Assembly (NCBI GenBank): GCA_947494115.1
Contig: CANLTT010000002.1
Span: forward strand, 1 to 58,786
DNA from: Candidatus Caenarcanales bacterium
GTDB lineage: Bacteria > Cyanobacteriota > Vampirovibrionia > Caenarcaniphilales > Caenarcanaceae
Direction of reading: 5' to 3'
Length of the DNA stretch: 58,786 bases
The position numbers and the translations under genes were made by a program. Of the stretch, positions 28,602-37,416 are shown one piece after another (position 1 is the first letter of the stretch; each line of letters begins with the position of its first letter). The notes under the pieces are model-generated. The model was given only the letters and a program-made list of their open reading frames with translations. It ran no database searches and was not told the DNA's origin.

Positions 28602-28794
28602 TAGCTTTTGCAAAATAATACAGCCTCACCCCCAGCCCCTCTCCACAAGCAGAGAGGGGAGTTTTGATTTCTTCTGGAAACCGCTAGCTCCCTCTGTTAA
28701 GAGGGCGGGGGGAGTACACTTAGTGAAATTCTACAAAAAGTCCTCTTTTAATGAGGTATTTCACATTTTTATAATTTATTTTGCAAGAAGTCTA
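28602..28794 (+). mobile_element. MITE-like repeat, copy 4 (long form, orientation A, degraded left terminus)
   Basis: Matches copy 1 plus a 47-nt insert. The left end is TAGCTTTTGCAAAATAATACAG and the right end is ...TTTTGCAAGAAGTCTA. Confidence 0.85.
28701..28747. repeat. 47-nt nested insert inside MITE copy 4, flanked by TTAA (28697-28700 and 28748-28751)
   Basis: Reverse complement of the insert in copy 3. The empty site in copy 1 reads CTGTTAATGAG. Confidence 0.8.
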
Positions 28795-28871
28795 ATATAT
28801 TTTTTGCAAAAACGATTAAATTCTTCGCTTATAGTTTGGCAATTGATATTAAATGCCTTTGCCTTCAAAAA

Positions 28872-30710
28872 TCAAAATAAATCTTGCAAGGCTTTAACTT
28901 CAAAACTCATATTGTTGGCCGCCAAAGATTGAAGAGCCTGAACGGTAATTTGCGCTCCAGCTGTGGTTGTAATTAAAGGTAAATCTAGCAAAACCGCCAA
29001 GCGCCGCAATGACATATTATCCTGCAAAGCCTCACGGGTATAAGGAATATTAATCAGTAATGAAATCTTTCTCTCGGTCAGGAAATTAAGAATATTTGGT
29101 TCTTTTTCTTTGGCCTTGCGCACCAAAATAGATTTCAAGCCATTTTGTTTTAAATAATTAAAAGTGCCTTCAGTGCTGTAAATTACATAATTTAATTTTA
29201 AAAAGTTTTCGGCAATACTCAAGACTTCATGCTTTTCACGGTCATTAACGCTTAAAAATACCGTTTTATTCCCCGATAAAATATTTTGACCAGCCGCCAA
29301 TTGGCCTTTGGCAAAAGCTAAACCAACATTTTTATCAATGCCCATTACTTCACCTGTTGAGCGCATTTCTGGGCCTAGCGTAATTTGACAACCCGCAAAC
29401 TTTTTAAAAGGCAAAACCACTTCTTTAACCGATATATGGCTGGTTTTGGCAAATTCTTTAAAATTAAAAGGTTGTAGTATTCCCTTTTGGCGCAGATCTT
29501 TTAATTTATTACCAACCATAAGCAAGGCTCCAATTTTAGCCCAAGCAATACCAGTCGCCTTAGAAACAAATGGCACAGTTCGAGAAGCCCGTGGATTCAC
29601 CTCAAGCACATATAATTTACTATCTTTAAAAGCATATTGCACATTCATTAAACCAACCACTTCAAGCTCTCTGGCTAATAATTGAGTGCTTTTAATTAAT
29701 TCATCAACTTGTTCTTCGCTTAAGGTGTGCGGCGGCAAAACGGTTGAACTGTCTCCGCTATGAATGCCAGCTCTTTCGATATGCTCCATAATACCAGCAG
29801 TTAAAACCTCTTGACCATCAGAAACAGCGTCTACATCAATTTCAAGAGCATTATCCAAGAATTTATCAACCAAAACTGGCCAAATAATACCAGACTTTTG
29901 CATATCTTGAAGCCAGCTTTTCAGCTCAGAATCGTTATAAACAATTTGCATAGATTGCCCACCAAGCACATAACTTGGCCTCACCAAAACAGGATAACCA
30001 ACCGATTCAGCCATTTTAAGAACCTGTTCTGGTTTGTCGGCAATTGCGCTCGCTGGCTGATTTAAGCCTAATTTACTGACAATTTGATTAAATTCATAAC
30101 GGTTTTCGGCGCGCGCAATTTGTTTAACCGAAGTTCCCAAAATTTTCACGCCTTCGGCTTCAATCGCCTTGGCAATATTTAAAGGAGTTTGTCCGCCAAT
30201 TTGTACAATTAGACCCATCGGTTTTTCTTGTTGCCAAACTGCCAAAACATCTTCAACAGTTACAGGTTCAAAATAAAGCCTGTCAGAGCTGTCAAAGTCG
30301 GTAGAAACAGTTTCGGGATTAGAATTAACCATAATTGTTTCATAGCCAGCCTCTTGCAAAGCCATACTAGCGTGAACACAACAATAATCAAATTCAATTC
30401 CTTGGCCGATTCGATTGGGGCCGCCACCCAAAATAATAACCTTTGGCCTCTTAGAGGGAAGAACTTCGTTTTCTTGGTCATATGTTGAGTAATAATAAGG
30501 CGTGCGAGATTCAAATTCGCCAGCGCAAGTATCAATCATTTTAAAAACTGGCAAAATTCCAAGTTCTTGTCTTTGTTTGCGGATTTCGGTTTCACGACAG
30601 CCTAAAATTTCGGCAATTTGACCATCGCTAAAACCTAAGCTTTTTAAATATTGTAAATAATTTTTCCAGTCAGTTTTTTGCAATTTATTTTTTATTTTAG
30701 TAACAAACAT
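28872..30710 (-). CDS. carB: Carbamoyl-phosphate synthase large subunit, C-terminal half only (end of oligomerisation domain, second ATP-grasp and MGS-like domain)
   Basis: 'DTCAGEFESRTPYYYSTY', 'GGGPNRIGQGIEFDYCCVHA', 'NSNPETVSTDFD..DRLYFEP', 'RPSYVLGG', 'GIHSGDS' and 'EVNPRASRTVPFVSKATG'. At 612 aa it aligns from about residue 470 of E. coli CarB onward. Confidence 0.9.
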   Translation of the reverse strand: MFVTKIKNKLQKTDWKNYLQYLKSLGFSDGQIAEILGCRETEIRKQRQELGILPVFKMIDTCAGEFESRTPYYYSTYDQENEVLPSKRPKVIILGGGPNRIGQGIEFDYCCVHASMALQEAGYETIMVNSNPETVSTDFDSSDRLYFEPVTVEDVLAVWQQEKPMGLIVQIGGQTPLNIAKAIEAEGVKILGTSVKQIARAENRYEFNQIVSKLGLNQPASAIADKPEQVLKMAESVGYPVLVRPSYVLGGQSMQIVYNDSELKSWLQDMQKSGIIWPVLVDKFLDNALEIDVDAVSDGQEVLTAGIMEHIERAGIHSGDSSTVLPPHTLSEEQVDELIKSTQLLARELEVVGLMNVQYAFKDSKLYVLEVNPRASRTVPFVSKATGIAWAKIGALLMVGNKLKDLRQKGILQPFNFKEFAKTSHISVKEVVLPFKKFAGCQITLGPEMRSTGEVMGIDKNVGLAFAKGQLAAGQNILSGNKTVFLSVNDREKHEVLSIAENFLKLNYVIYSTEGTFNYLKQNGLKSILVRKAKEKEPNILNFLTERKISLLINIPYTREALQDNMSLRRLAVLLDLPLITTTAGAQITVQALQSLAANNMSFEVKALQDLF

Positions 30711-30747
30711 TTTAAACTTTCTGGCAATTGTCTTGAGAAATTGTTTT

Positions 30748-30847
30748 AAATTTTTCGAGAAATAAAAAATTTTTGGTTATTAGACCTCAATAAAGAAAGT
30801 CTGATTTCTCTTGTGAAGACGACAGAAAAGCAAAACAAAATGAACGA
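30748..30847 (+). repeat. Left repeat module: A (30748-30774) and B (30825-30847), with a MITE-terminus-like ATTAGACCTC (30779-30788) between them
   Basis: A is aaatttttcgagaaataaaaaatttt. B is gaaaagcaaaacaaaatgaacga. Both recur in direct orientation at 32104-32181. Confidence 0.75.
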
Positions 30848-30854
30848 ATTGGAT

Positions 30855-32003
30855 TTATTGAATGCCTGTTCTTTCCAGATTAATAGCCTGCAATAAAGTA
30901 GATATTTCTTCAATTCTTCTTGATGTCAAGCCTTTATAATTTCCCAAAGAGGAACTTCTTGGTGAAGGAGGCCTTATGCTGTGCCTTACCAAAATGTCAT
31001 ATAAAGGGGATTGTATTTCCATTTTTCCCAACTGTTTAGCTTGTTGATCTCGTAATTCTAGAATATCTTCATTATTAATTCTGCTCAAAGACAAGCTAGA
31101 ACCATCCTTAAAGTTGATGATTATACCCTTGCGATTTTGTTCGCCTGCATATTTATTTACATCTATTCTTATGGGAATTCCAGAAATAGACAAAGTTAAT
31201 TTTGCCGATCCTTCCGCCGTGCTCCAATCATTAGACTGAATTGGCTTCCCATATTTATCTCTCATATCTTCTATTTTGATCTCAAGTTTAGATTCTTCAG
31301 ATCCCATTCCCGTTAATATTTCTCTGATAAGGGCCAATGGATGTGTGGCCGTATCAAGAATAACACCATCTGGATAGCGAAAAGTTCTTGGGTCGGGTTG
31401 TCCAGTTGCAAAATTTAAAGCGAGTGGCTCTCCCGTCTGAGTATCAGCAGTGCTTTTTTCAAGAAGAAACCCCTCAATACTTTCTATATCTGAAAGATTA
31501 CAATCTTTTATAGATTCAAGAGAACCGCTTTCTTGTATAGAATTAAGATAAATTTTTCCATAATTAGGAAAATGCTCCTGAACATATTCCTTTCCTTTGA
31601 GAGCTAGGTAAAATAAAGGAGATCTGACAGTCCAGTGGTCTATAGCATAAATATTATGTATTTTTCTTAGATTCTTTATTCTTTCTATATCCTCTATTCT
31701 TGTACAAAGAGGCTTTTCACAGAAAATTGATGGATTATATTCATTAATGCCAGTTAATCCATGAATAAATTTAATATATTCAGCCAGTGTACACAAATTG
31801 GGTCTGTGTGCAGATGGCGGACTAGCAACAATTATAATATCGCTTTGATTTGATCCTTGAAATAATTTTTGCAAAGGAGGTCTTTCATTAGGATTTTTCC
31901 GTACCGCAAAAGGTTGTATACCAACACGCTTAAAAGCTGGATTGTATCCTGTTTGTACAATAGCGCCAGCACCAACAATCCCTACCCCTACGCTTTGAAT
32001 CAT
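30855..32003 (-). CDS. Gfo/Idh/MocA-like NAD(P)-binding oxidoreductase-family protein (divergent)
   Basis: N-terminal Rossmann 'VGIVGAGAI', 'IIVASPPSAH' and 'FCEKPL' (the EKP motif of the family). The C-terminal half is not recognisable. Confidence 0.55.
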   Translation of the reverse strand: MIQSVGVGIVGAGAIVQTGYNPAFKRVGIQPFAVRKNPNERPPLQKLFQGSNQSDIIIVASPPSAHRPNLCTLAEYIKFIHGLTGINEYNPSIFCEKPLCTRIEDIERIKNLRKIHNIYAIDHWTVRSPLFYLALKGKEYVQEHFPNYGKIYLNSIQESGSLESIKDCNLSDIESIEGFLLEKSTADTQTGEPLALNFATGQPDPRTFRYPDGVILDTATHPLALIREILTGMGSEESKLEIKIEDMRDKYGKPIQSNDWSTAEGSAKLTLSISGIPIRIDVNKYAGEQNRKGIIINFKDGSSLSLSRINNEDILELRDQQAKQLGKMEIQSPLYDILVRHSIRPPSPRSSSLGNYKGLTSRRIEEISTLLQAINLERTGIQ

Positions 32004-32103
32004 TTTGATTTTGTATTATCTATCGTATTTTCTTATGAGTATTATTGTATATTTTTATAGTACTTTTAAACATTAAAGAAGAATTAAGCTTCAAAGGCAA
32101 GCG

Positions 32104-32181
32104 GAAAAGCAAAACAAAATGAAACGACCTCTTCTTTACGGATTAATATCGGTAAATTTTTCGAGAAATAAAAAAAATTTT
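32104..32181 (+). repeat. Right repeat module: B' (32104-32127) and A' (32154-32181)
   Basis: B' is gaaaagcaaaacaaaatgaaacga (one indel against B). A' is aaatttttcgagaaataaaaaaaatttt (two extra A). The order is mirrored (A..B [ORF] B'..A'), but all four lie on the same strand. Confidence 0.75.
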
Positions 32182-33463
32182 GTTATTGTATATTTGCTTT
32201 ATGGTTATTTATAGCTGGCTTTGCAATTTATTTTTTATTTTGGGCGCACCTTTTATTATTTTAATTTGTCTGCTGAATCCCAAATGGCGGCAAGGTTTAT
32301 GGCCTAAATATGGTTTTACGCCCAAATTGCAAATTGCGCAAAATGGTTTTTGGTTGCATGCGGTTTCTTTTGGTGAGGTTAAAACAATTGAGCCTTTAAT
32401 AAAAGCACTGCAAAATATTTATCCTGAAACGCCAATTTATTTGAGCACGGGCACCAAAACTGGCCAAGATTTAGGTAAAAAACTTTTTGAAAATATTTTA
32501 GTTTTTTATTGCCCTTTTGATTTTTCTTTGGCAATTAATGCTTGGCTCAAGTTTTTAAAACCACAAGCTTTATTTATCGCCGAAACCGAAATTTGGCCAG
32601 AGCTTTTATTTAAATCTGCTGAAAACCGAATTCCTGTTTTTTTGATAAATGGCCGCTTAACCGATAAATCAATCAAAAAATATAAATTAATTAAGCCTTT
32701 AATTCAAAAAGCTTTAAAAAGTTTTAGCAAAATTTTGGTGCAAACTCAAGCCGATAGAGAGCGTTTTTTGCAAATTGGAGCCAGCCAAAAGCAAATAGAA
32801 GTTTTAGGAAATTTAAAATTTGATTCTCTGCAAAAAATATCAGAGCCAGCCAAACAAGCCCTAAAACAACAATTAAGCTTACAAAAGCAAACTATAGTTT
32901 TAATTGCTGGTAGCACGCACTCACCCGAAGAAGAAATTATTTGCGGTCTTTTTAAAAAACTTTTAAATTATTTTCCTCAAAAAGACTTGCGTTTAATTTT
33001 GGCTCCAAGGCATTTAGAAAGGCTTTCAGCGATTGAAACTATTTGCCAAAAAGAAAATTTGTTTTATCAGAAAAAAAGCCAAATTGACAATTTTAAAACC
33101 CAAGAAGTGCTTTTGCTTGACACCATGGGCGAACTCACTAATTTATATGCGGTTTGCCATTTGGCTTTTTTAGGCGGAACTTGGGCAAAAGTTGGTGGAC
33201 ACAATCCTCTAGAGCCAGCTAATTATCAATTGCCTATTTTTGTAGGGCCACATACTTATAAAATTGCCGAATTGGCCGAACAACTAAAAGAAATTAAATT
33301 AATGCAACAAATTGAAGACCCAAATTTGCTTTTTGATGAGGTTTGCCACAAAATAAATAATTTACAATTTGAAACAGGCACAATTGCATCGCCAGCTGTT
33401 TTAAAGCGCAGTTTACAAATTATTCAAGATTATTTAATTACAATACAAACACGTCAAGCGTAA
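32180..33463 (+). CDS. waaA: 3-deoxy-D-manno-octulosonic acid (Kdo) transferase
   Basis: 'WLHAVSFGEV' N-terminal motif with a GT30 layout. 427 aa. Confidence 0.88.
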   Translation: MLLYICFMVIYSWLCNLFFILGAPFIILICLLNPKWRQGLWPKYGFTPKLQIAQNGFWLHAVSFGEVKTIEPLIKALQNIYPETPIYLSTGTKTGQDLGKKLFENILVFYCPFDFSLAINAWLKFLKPQALFIAETEIWPELLFKSAENRIPVFLINGRLTDKSIKKYKLIKPLIQKALKSFSKILVQTQADRERFLQIGASQKQIEVLGNLKFDSLQKISEPAKQALKQQLSLQKQTIVLIAGSTHSPEEEIICGLFKKLLNYFPQKDLRLILAPRHLERLSAIETICQKENLFYQKKSQIDNFKTQEVLLLDTMGELTNLYAVCHLAFLGGTWAKVGGHNPLEPANYQLPIFVGPHTYKIAELAEQLKEIKLMQQIEDPNLLFDEVCHKINNLQFETGTIASPAVLKRSLQIIQDYLITIQTRQA

Positions 33464-33552
33464 TAATCGACTTCCTCTTTTATAATTAGCCGAAGGCTGT
33501 TTTTTTTATAATTGGGTATATGAATTGTAGCTGATTAATTTTTAACCAAAAT

Positions 33553-34788
33553 ATGAAAACCCTCGTTGCTCTAGAAAACTTTGAAATTCAGCAAAATGTA
33601 ATTTCGGCTTTAAATGAGTCTGGAATTGAAGCTCAACACATTATTCCGTGTTCTTATAAAGATGCGGGTTTATTTATTAAAGATACTGATATTCAATTGT
33701 TCTTAGTGGAAGTAAGCGATAATAGTACAGAAGAAGCCTTTAAAATAATTGACCTTCTTAAATCGGCTAATGGTTTTGCCACTATTGTTCCAATTCTTAC
33801 CAAAAAAGATTCAGATTTAATTTTACAACTGATTAAACGGGGCATTTCAGATGTTTTGCTTAGTCCAATTAATATAACTGAATTGCAAGGCATAATTAAA
33901 AAAATCTCTTCAGCTTCTGGTGGTAGTTCAGCTATGCAGGGTCATCAAGGACCTAATTTTAAGGGCAAAGTTGTTACAATTACTAGTTATAAAGGTGGAA
34001 CTGGCGTTAGCACTATTGCCGCTAATTTGGGTTTTTGCCTTGCAGAGCTAGATGCCGTACGTAAAAAAACTTTAATTCTCGATTTGGCCAATCAATCTAA
34101 TCATTGCTCTATTTTATTGGGGGCTCAGCCTAGTAATTTAACTATTCATTCTATCTGCAAAGACGTAAATCGAATGGAAAGCTCTTATATTTTTAGTAGT
34201 TGCGCTTGGGCTACACCAAATTTGGCAATTATTGGAACCGACCCAGATATTGGCGGCGTAGAAGAAATTCGTTTTGAACCTTTAATGAAAGCCATCAATT
34301 TATTTACGGAATCTTTTGAATATGTAATTATTGATTTGCCAACACATTGTTTTGATGGTAGATTTTTGGCCGCCGTAGATAAAGCTGACCAAGTTGTGGT
34401 AGTTTCAACAATTGATATAACCGCCATTAGAGATAGTCGTTTATATTTATCTATGCTACGTAGCTTGGGTGCGGACACCAATAAAACTCGCTTGCTTATT
34501 AACCGTTATGATTGTGAATCTGGAATGTTTAAAACCAAAGATTTAGAGCAAGCTTTACAAAACGCCATTTCTTTTTATGTGCCAAATGATTTTAAATCAA
34601 TGGTTGAATCTGTGCAAAACGGACAAGCAATTCTAGAATGCAAGCCAAATTCTATGATTGCTGAAGCCTTGGCTGAGCTTGCAATTGGAATTGACAATGG
34701 CGCAATGTTTGTTCCTCCGAAAATGGATACCAAGAAAAAGCCTACTGGTAGTGGTTTTGGTGGCTTGCTTATGAATCTCAAAAAATAA
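33553..34788 (+). CDS. ParA/MinD-superfamily protein of the CpaE/TadZ type, with an N-terminal pseudo-receiver domain
   Basis: A receiver-like fold lacks the phospho-acceptor positions (EN for DD, 'LVEVS' for 'LLD', 'LLSP' for 'KP'). The deviant P-loop 'SYKGGTGVST' lacks the canonical GK[ST] lysine, as in TadZ/CpaE. The C-terminal tail is basic and hydrophobic: 'KKKPTGSGFGGLLMNLKK'. Confidence 0.65.
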   Translation: MKTLVALENFEIQQNVISALNESGIEAQHIIPCSYKDAGLFIKDTDIQLFLVEVSDNSTEEAFKIIDLLKSANGFATIVPILTKKDSDLILQLIKRGISDVLLSPINITELQGIIKKISSASGGSSAMQGHQGPNFKGKVVTITSYKGGTGVSTIAANLGFCLAELDAVRKKTLILDLANQSNHCSILLGAQPSNLTIHSICKDVNRMESSYIFSSCAWATPNLAIIGTDPDIGGVEEIRFEPLMKAINLFTESFEYVIIDLPTHCFDGRFLAAVDKADQVVVVSTIDITAIRDSRLYLSMLRSLGADTNKTRLLINRYDCESGMFKTKDLEQALQNAISFYVPNDFKSMVESVQNGQAILECKPNSMIAEALAELAIGIDNGAMFVPPKMDTKKKPTGSGFGGLLMNLKK

Positions 34789-34829
34789 TTAATTTTGCTT
34801 CTCTCTGATTGATTCAGTAAACTCCTAGG

Positions 34830-35483
34830 TTAATCAGAAATCAAATTTAAAGCCGAGCTAGTGCCAATACGCTGAACACCAGCTTTAATAAATTCAAGGG
34901 CTTGTTGTTTGGTTTTAATGCCAGCACTTGCTTTAATTTGAATATCAGGAAAATCACGCAAACCTTCTTTTATAAGCTCAATGTCTTTAATTTGGGTTGG
35001 TCTGGTGTTCAAAATTCCAGTAGAAGTTTTAATCATTTGCGCACCCGCTTGAGCACAGGTTTCTGAGGCTTTAATAATTTGTTCTTCGTTAAATAAAGAA
35101 ACTTCGATAATTACTTTAAAAAAACCACGAGTACCGATTAACTGTTTAATTGCACGAATATCCTGAAACAAAGAAGACCAATCGCCAGCTTTAATACGGT
35201 CAAGAGGGGCAACTAAATCAATTTCATTAGCTCCTTCTAAAATAAAATGCTCGATTTGCTTTAAGCGCACCAAATGGGGGCTAGCACCAAAAGGAAAATC
35301 GGCCACAGTTGCTACATTATAGCCAGTTTGGCGCAAATAAAAGCTAGCTGACGAAACCCATTTAGGATGAATACAAACGGCCTTAAAATCATACTGAATG
35401 GTTTCTTGGCAGAGCTTTTGAATTTCTTCTTCGCAAGCCAAAGGATTTAAAAGTGTATGGTCAATATAACTATTAATTTGCAT
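34830..35483 (-). CDS. deoC: Deoxyribose-phosphate aldolase
   Basis: 'IDHTLL', 'IKTSTG' and 'KASAGIKT' (Schiff-base lysine context). 217 aa. Confidence 0.88.
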   Translation of the reverse strand: MQINSYIDHTLLNPLACEEEIQKLCQETIQYDFKAVCIHPKWVSSASFYLRQTGYNVATVADFPFGASPHLVRLKQIEHFILEGANEIDLVAPLDRIKAGDWSSLFQDIRAIKQLIGTRGFFKVIIEVSLFNEEQIIKASETCAQAGAQMIKTSTGILNTRPTQIKDIELIKEGLRDFPDIQIKASAGIKTKQQALEFIKAGVQRIGTSSALNLISD

Positions 35484-36988
35484 TAACTTAATTCGGTTAA
35501 ATTGTCTTTTGCGTCAAGAACATGAAGTTTGATAATATTGGTTGAACCTGTAACCGCTCTTGGAGAGCCAGCGGCAATTACAACGAAATCACCTTTATGA
35601 AATAAACCAGTTTTAATGAGCAATTCATCTACTTTATTGATCGCATCTTCGACATTATTGACTTCATTCAATTCATCGGTAATTATAACTGGCTGAACGC
35701 CCCAGTATAAAGCCATTTCTCTTTGTATGCGTGGGTAAGGCGATAAAGCTAAAATGCGGCAATTAGACCGACACTTAGAAATGCGCTTGGCTGTAACCCC
35801 CGAAGAAGTAAAAACCACCACCGCTTTAGCGTCAATTTCACGAGCACCAATTGAAGAAAGCAAGCTCAAAGTTTGAGGGAAATACCCAGCATATTCTTTA
35901 GGCGGAGCGGCTGGTTCATCTTCAAGATCAGAAGCAGCACTGCGTGGATAGGTAATTGCTTTTTCGGATTCTTGGATAATGCGAGACATCATTTTAACAA
36001 CCTCGACTGGAAAGCTACCACTGGCTGTTTCACCTGAAAGCATTACGGCATCTGTATTATCAAAAATTGCATTCGCCACATCAGAAGCTTCAGCACGAGT
36101 CGGACAAGGGTTTTTAATCATAGATTCGAGCATTTGCGTGGCGGTTATTACCAAAATGCCTTTTTCGTTTGCTCTCTTGATAAGCCTTTTTTGCACAACT
36201 GGCACTTTTTCAGGTGTTAATTCAACGCCCAAATCGCCTCTGGCAACCATAATTCCATCGCTAGCGTCCATAATGGCATCTATGTGGTTTAAAGCTTGTG
36301 GTTTTTCGATTTTGGCAATTACCGAAATATTGCAGCCAGCTTTTTTAATTAAATCTTTCAAAAGCAGAACGTCAGCGGCTTCACGCACAAAAGAAAGTGC
36401 AATATATTCAACATCATATTCAAGACCAATTTTTAAATCTTCTTTGTCTTTTTCGGTTAAAGCTGGTGTTGTGAGCTTCACGTCTGGAATATTAATGCCT
36501 TTATTGTCTTTTAGAATGCCGCCGTGCACAACTTCGCAAATTAATCTAATACCATCAGATTCTAAAACTTTGAGTTCAAGCAATCCATCATCAATTAAAA
36601 TTGCATTACCTATGTTTAAATCTTTAGCTAAATTGGTATAGCTGGTCGAAACCATTGAATCTGTGTTTTCGATATTTTCAGTTGTAATTGTAAATTTTTG
36701 GCCTGGTACAAGTGTGAGAGGGCCGTTTTTAAGCTTGCTTGTACGAATTTTAGGACCTTGCAAATCTTGCAAAATGGCAATAGGTTTTCCAACTTCCTTT
36801 GAAATTTCTCGAATTAAATGAATTACCTTGATATGGTCTTCATATGTGCCATGTGAAAAATTTAAGCGGGCAACATCCATTCCAGCCAAAATTAGGCTTT
36901 TAATCATTTCGGGCGTATTGGAGGCGGGTCCAATGGTACAAATTATTTTAGTTTTACGGTTTGCAACAAAAGTTTCAGTAGAAATCAT
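35483..36988 (-). CDS. pyk: Pyruvate kinase
   Basis: 'KIICTIGPAS', 'ARLNFSHG', 'MVARGDLGVE' and 'ATQMLESM'. Confidence 0.95.
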   Translation of the reverse strand: MISTETFVANRKTKIICTIGPASNTPEMIKSLILAGMDVARLNFSHGTYEDHIKVIHLIREISKEVGKPIAILQDLQGPKIRTSKLKNGPLTLVPGQKFTITTENIENTDSMVSTSYTNLAKDLNIGNAILIDDGLLELKVLESDGIRLICEVVHGGILKDNKGINIPDVKLTTPALTEKDKEDLKIGLEYDVEYIALSFVREAADVLLLKDLIKKAGCNISVIAKIEKPQALNHIDAIMDASDGIMVARGDLGVELTPEKVPVVQKRLIKRANEKGILVITATQMLESMIKNPCPTRAEASDVANAIFDNTDAVMLSGETASGSFPVEVVKMMSRIIQESEKAITYPRSAASDLEDEPAAPPKEYAGYFPQTLSLLSSIGAREIDAKAVVVFTSSGVTAKRISKCRSNCRILALSPYPRIQREMALYWGVQPVIITDELNEVNNVEDAINKVDELLIKTGLFHKGDFVVIAAGSPRAVTGSTNIIKLHVLDAKDNLTELS

Positions 36989-37091
36989 TAATTTTAATTC
37001 GAGTTAATTGTTTATTATATTTTGCTACTTTTTTGCCTTTTTGATCACAATTCAGTTTTATTGCTTCAAAATTAAAGCTTTAGTTAGGAAA

Positions 37092-37358
37092 TCAAGCATC
37101 TTCTTTAAAAAAATTGAAACCAACTATTGAACCAACAGATTTATTACTATGCATTCTCATTTCACTAAGTGCCTCTAAAATTGAAGCTTGATCGACCGAT
37201 AAATTCAAAGAAGAAAAATTATTCTTTTCAAAAGAGAATTGAATTGTTCTCTTCACAAGTTCTTTAAGAAATGCCTGTGAGACAGATCCTGTTTTTTGTG
37301 CAATAAACTCTAGATCACAGTCTTGGAGGGTATAATCAGCGAAACTAGAACAGGCCAC
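37092..37358 (-). pseudogene. Remnant of an AAA+ ATPase gene (C-terminal lid domain only)
   Basis: 'DCDLEFIAQKTGSVSQAFLKELVKRTIQF....LSVDQASILEALSEM' resembles the AAA+ lid ('dvdl..lA..T.G.SgA.l..l...A'). Its GTG 'start' and first codons lie inside the truncated repeat at 37347-37415. No Walker motifs are present. Confidence 0.4.
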
Positions 37359-37415
37359 TTCAAATATAATAAATTTGTAAAATTAGAACATTTTTTAAAA
37401 TTGTCCATAGTGTTG
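37347..37415. repeat. Truncated copy (right-hand 69 bp) of the 27463-27675 element
   Basis: AGAACAGGCCACTTCAAATATAATAAATTTGTAAAATTAGAACATTTTTTAAAATTGTCCATAGTGTTG matches 27607-27675 with 2 mismatches. Confidence 0.85.
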
Positions 37416-37416
37416 A

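Noticed and set aside
30711-32179. The idea that the repeat-flanked cassette split a once-intact carB
   Set aside because: The DNA beyond the cassette is the waaA gene on the opposite strand, not the carB N-terminal half. The split is therefore not explained by this insertion.
35979-36641. A 220-aa plus-strand ORF inside pyk, and the similar long antisense ORFs at 15899-16483 (trpD), 21124-21510 (yqeK), 16590-16946 (ABC) and 5858-6163 (typA)
   Set aside because: All are fully antisense to CDSs with strong family motifs. They are Ser/Leu/Lys-rich with no motifs, typical shadow ORFs.
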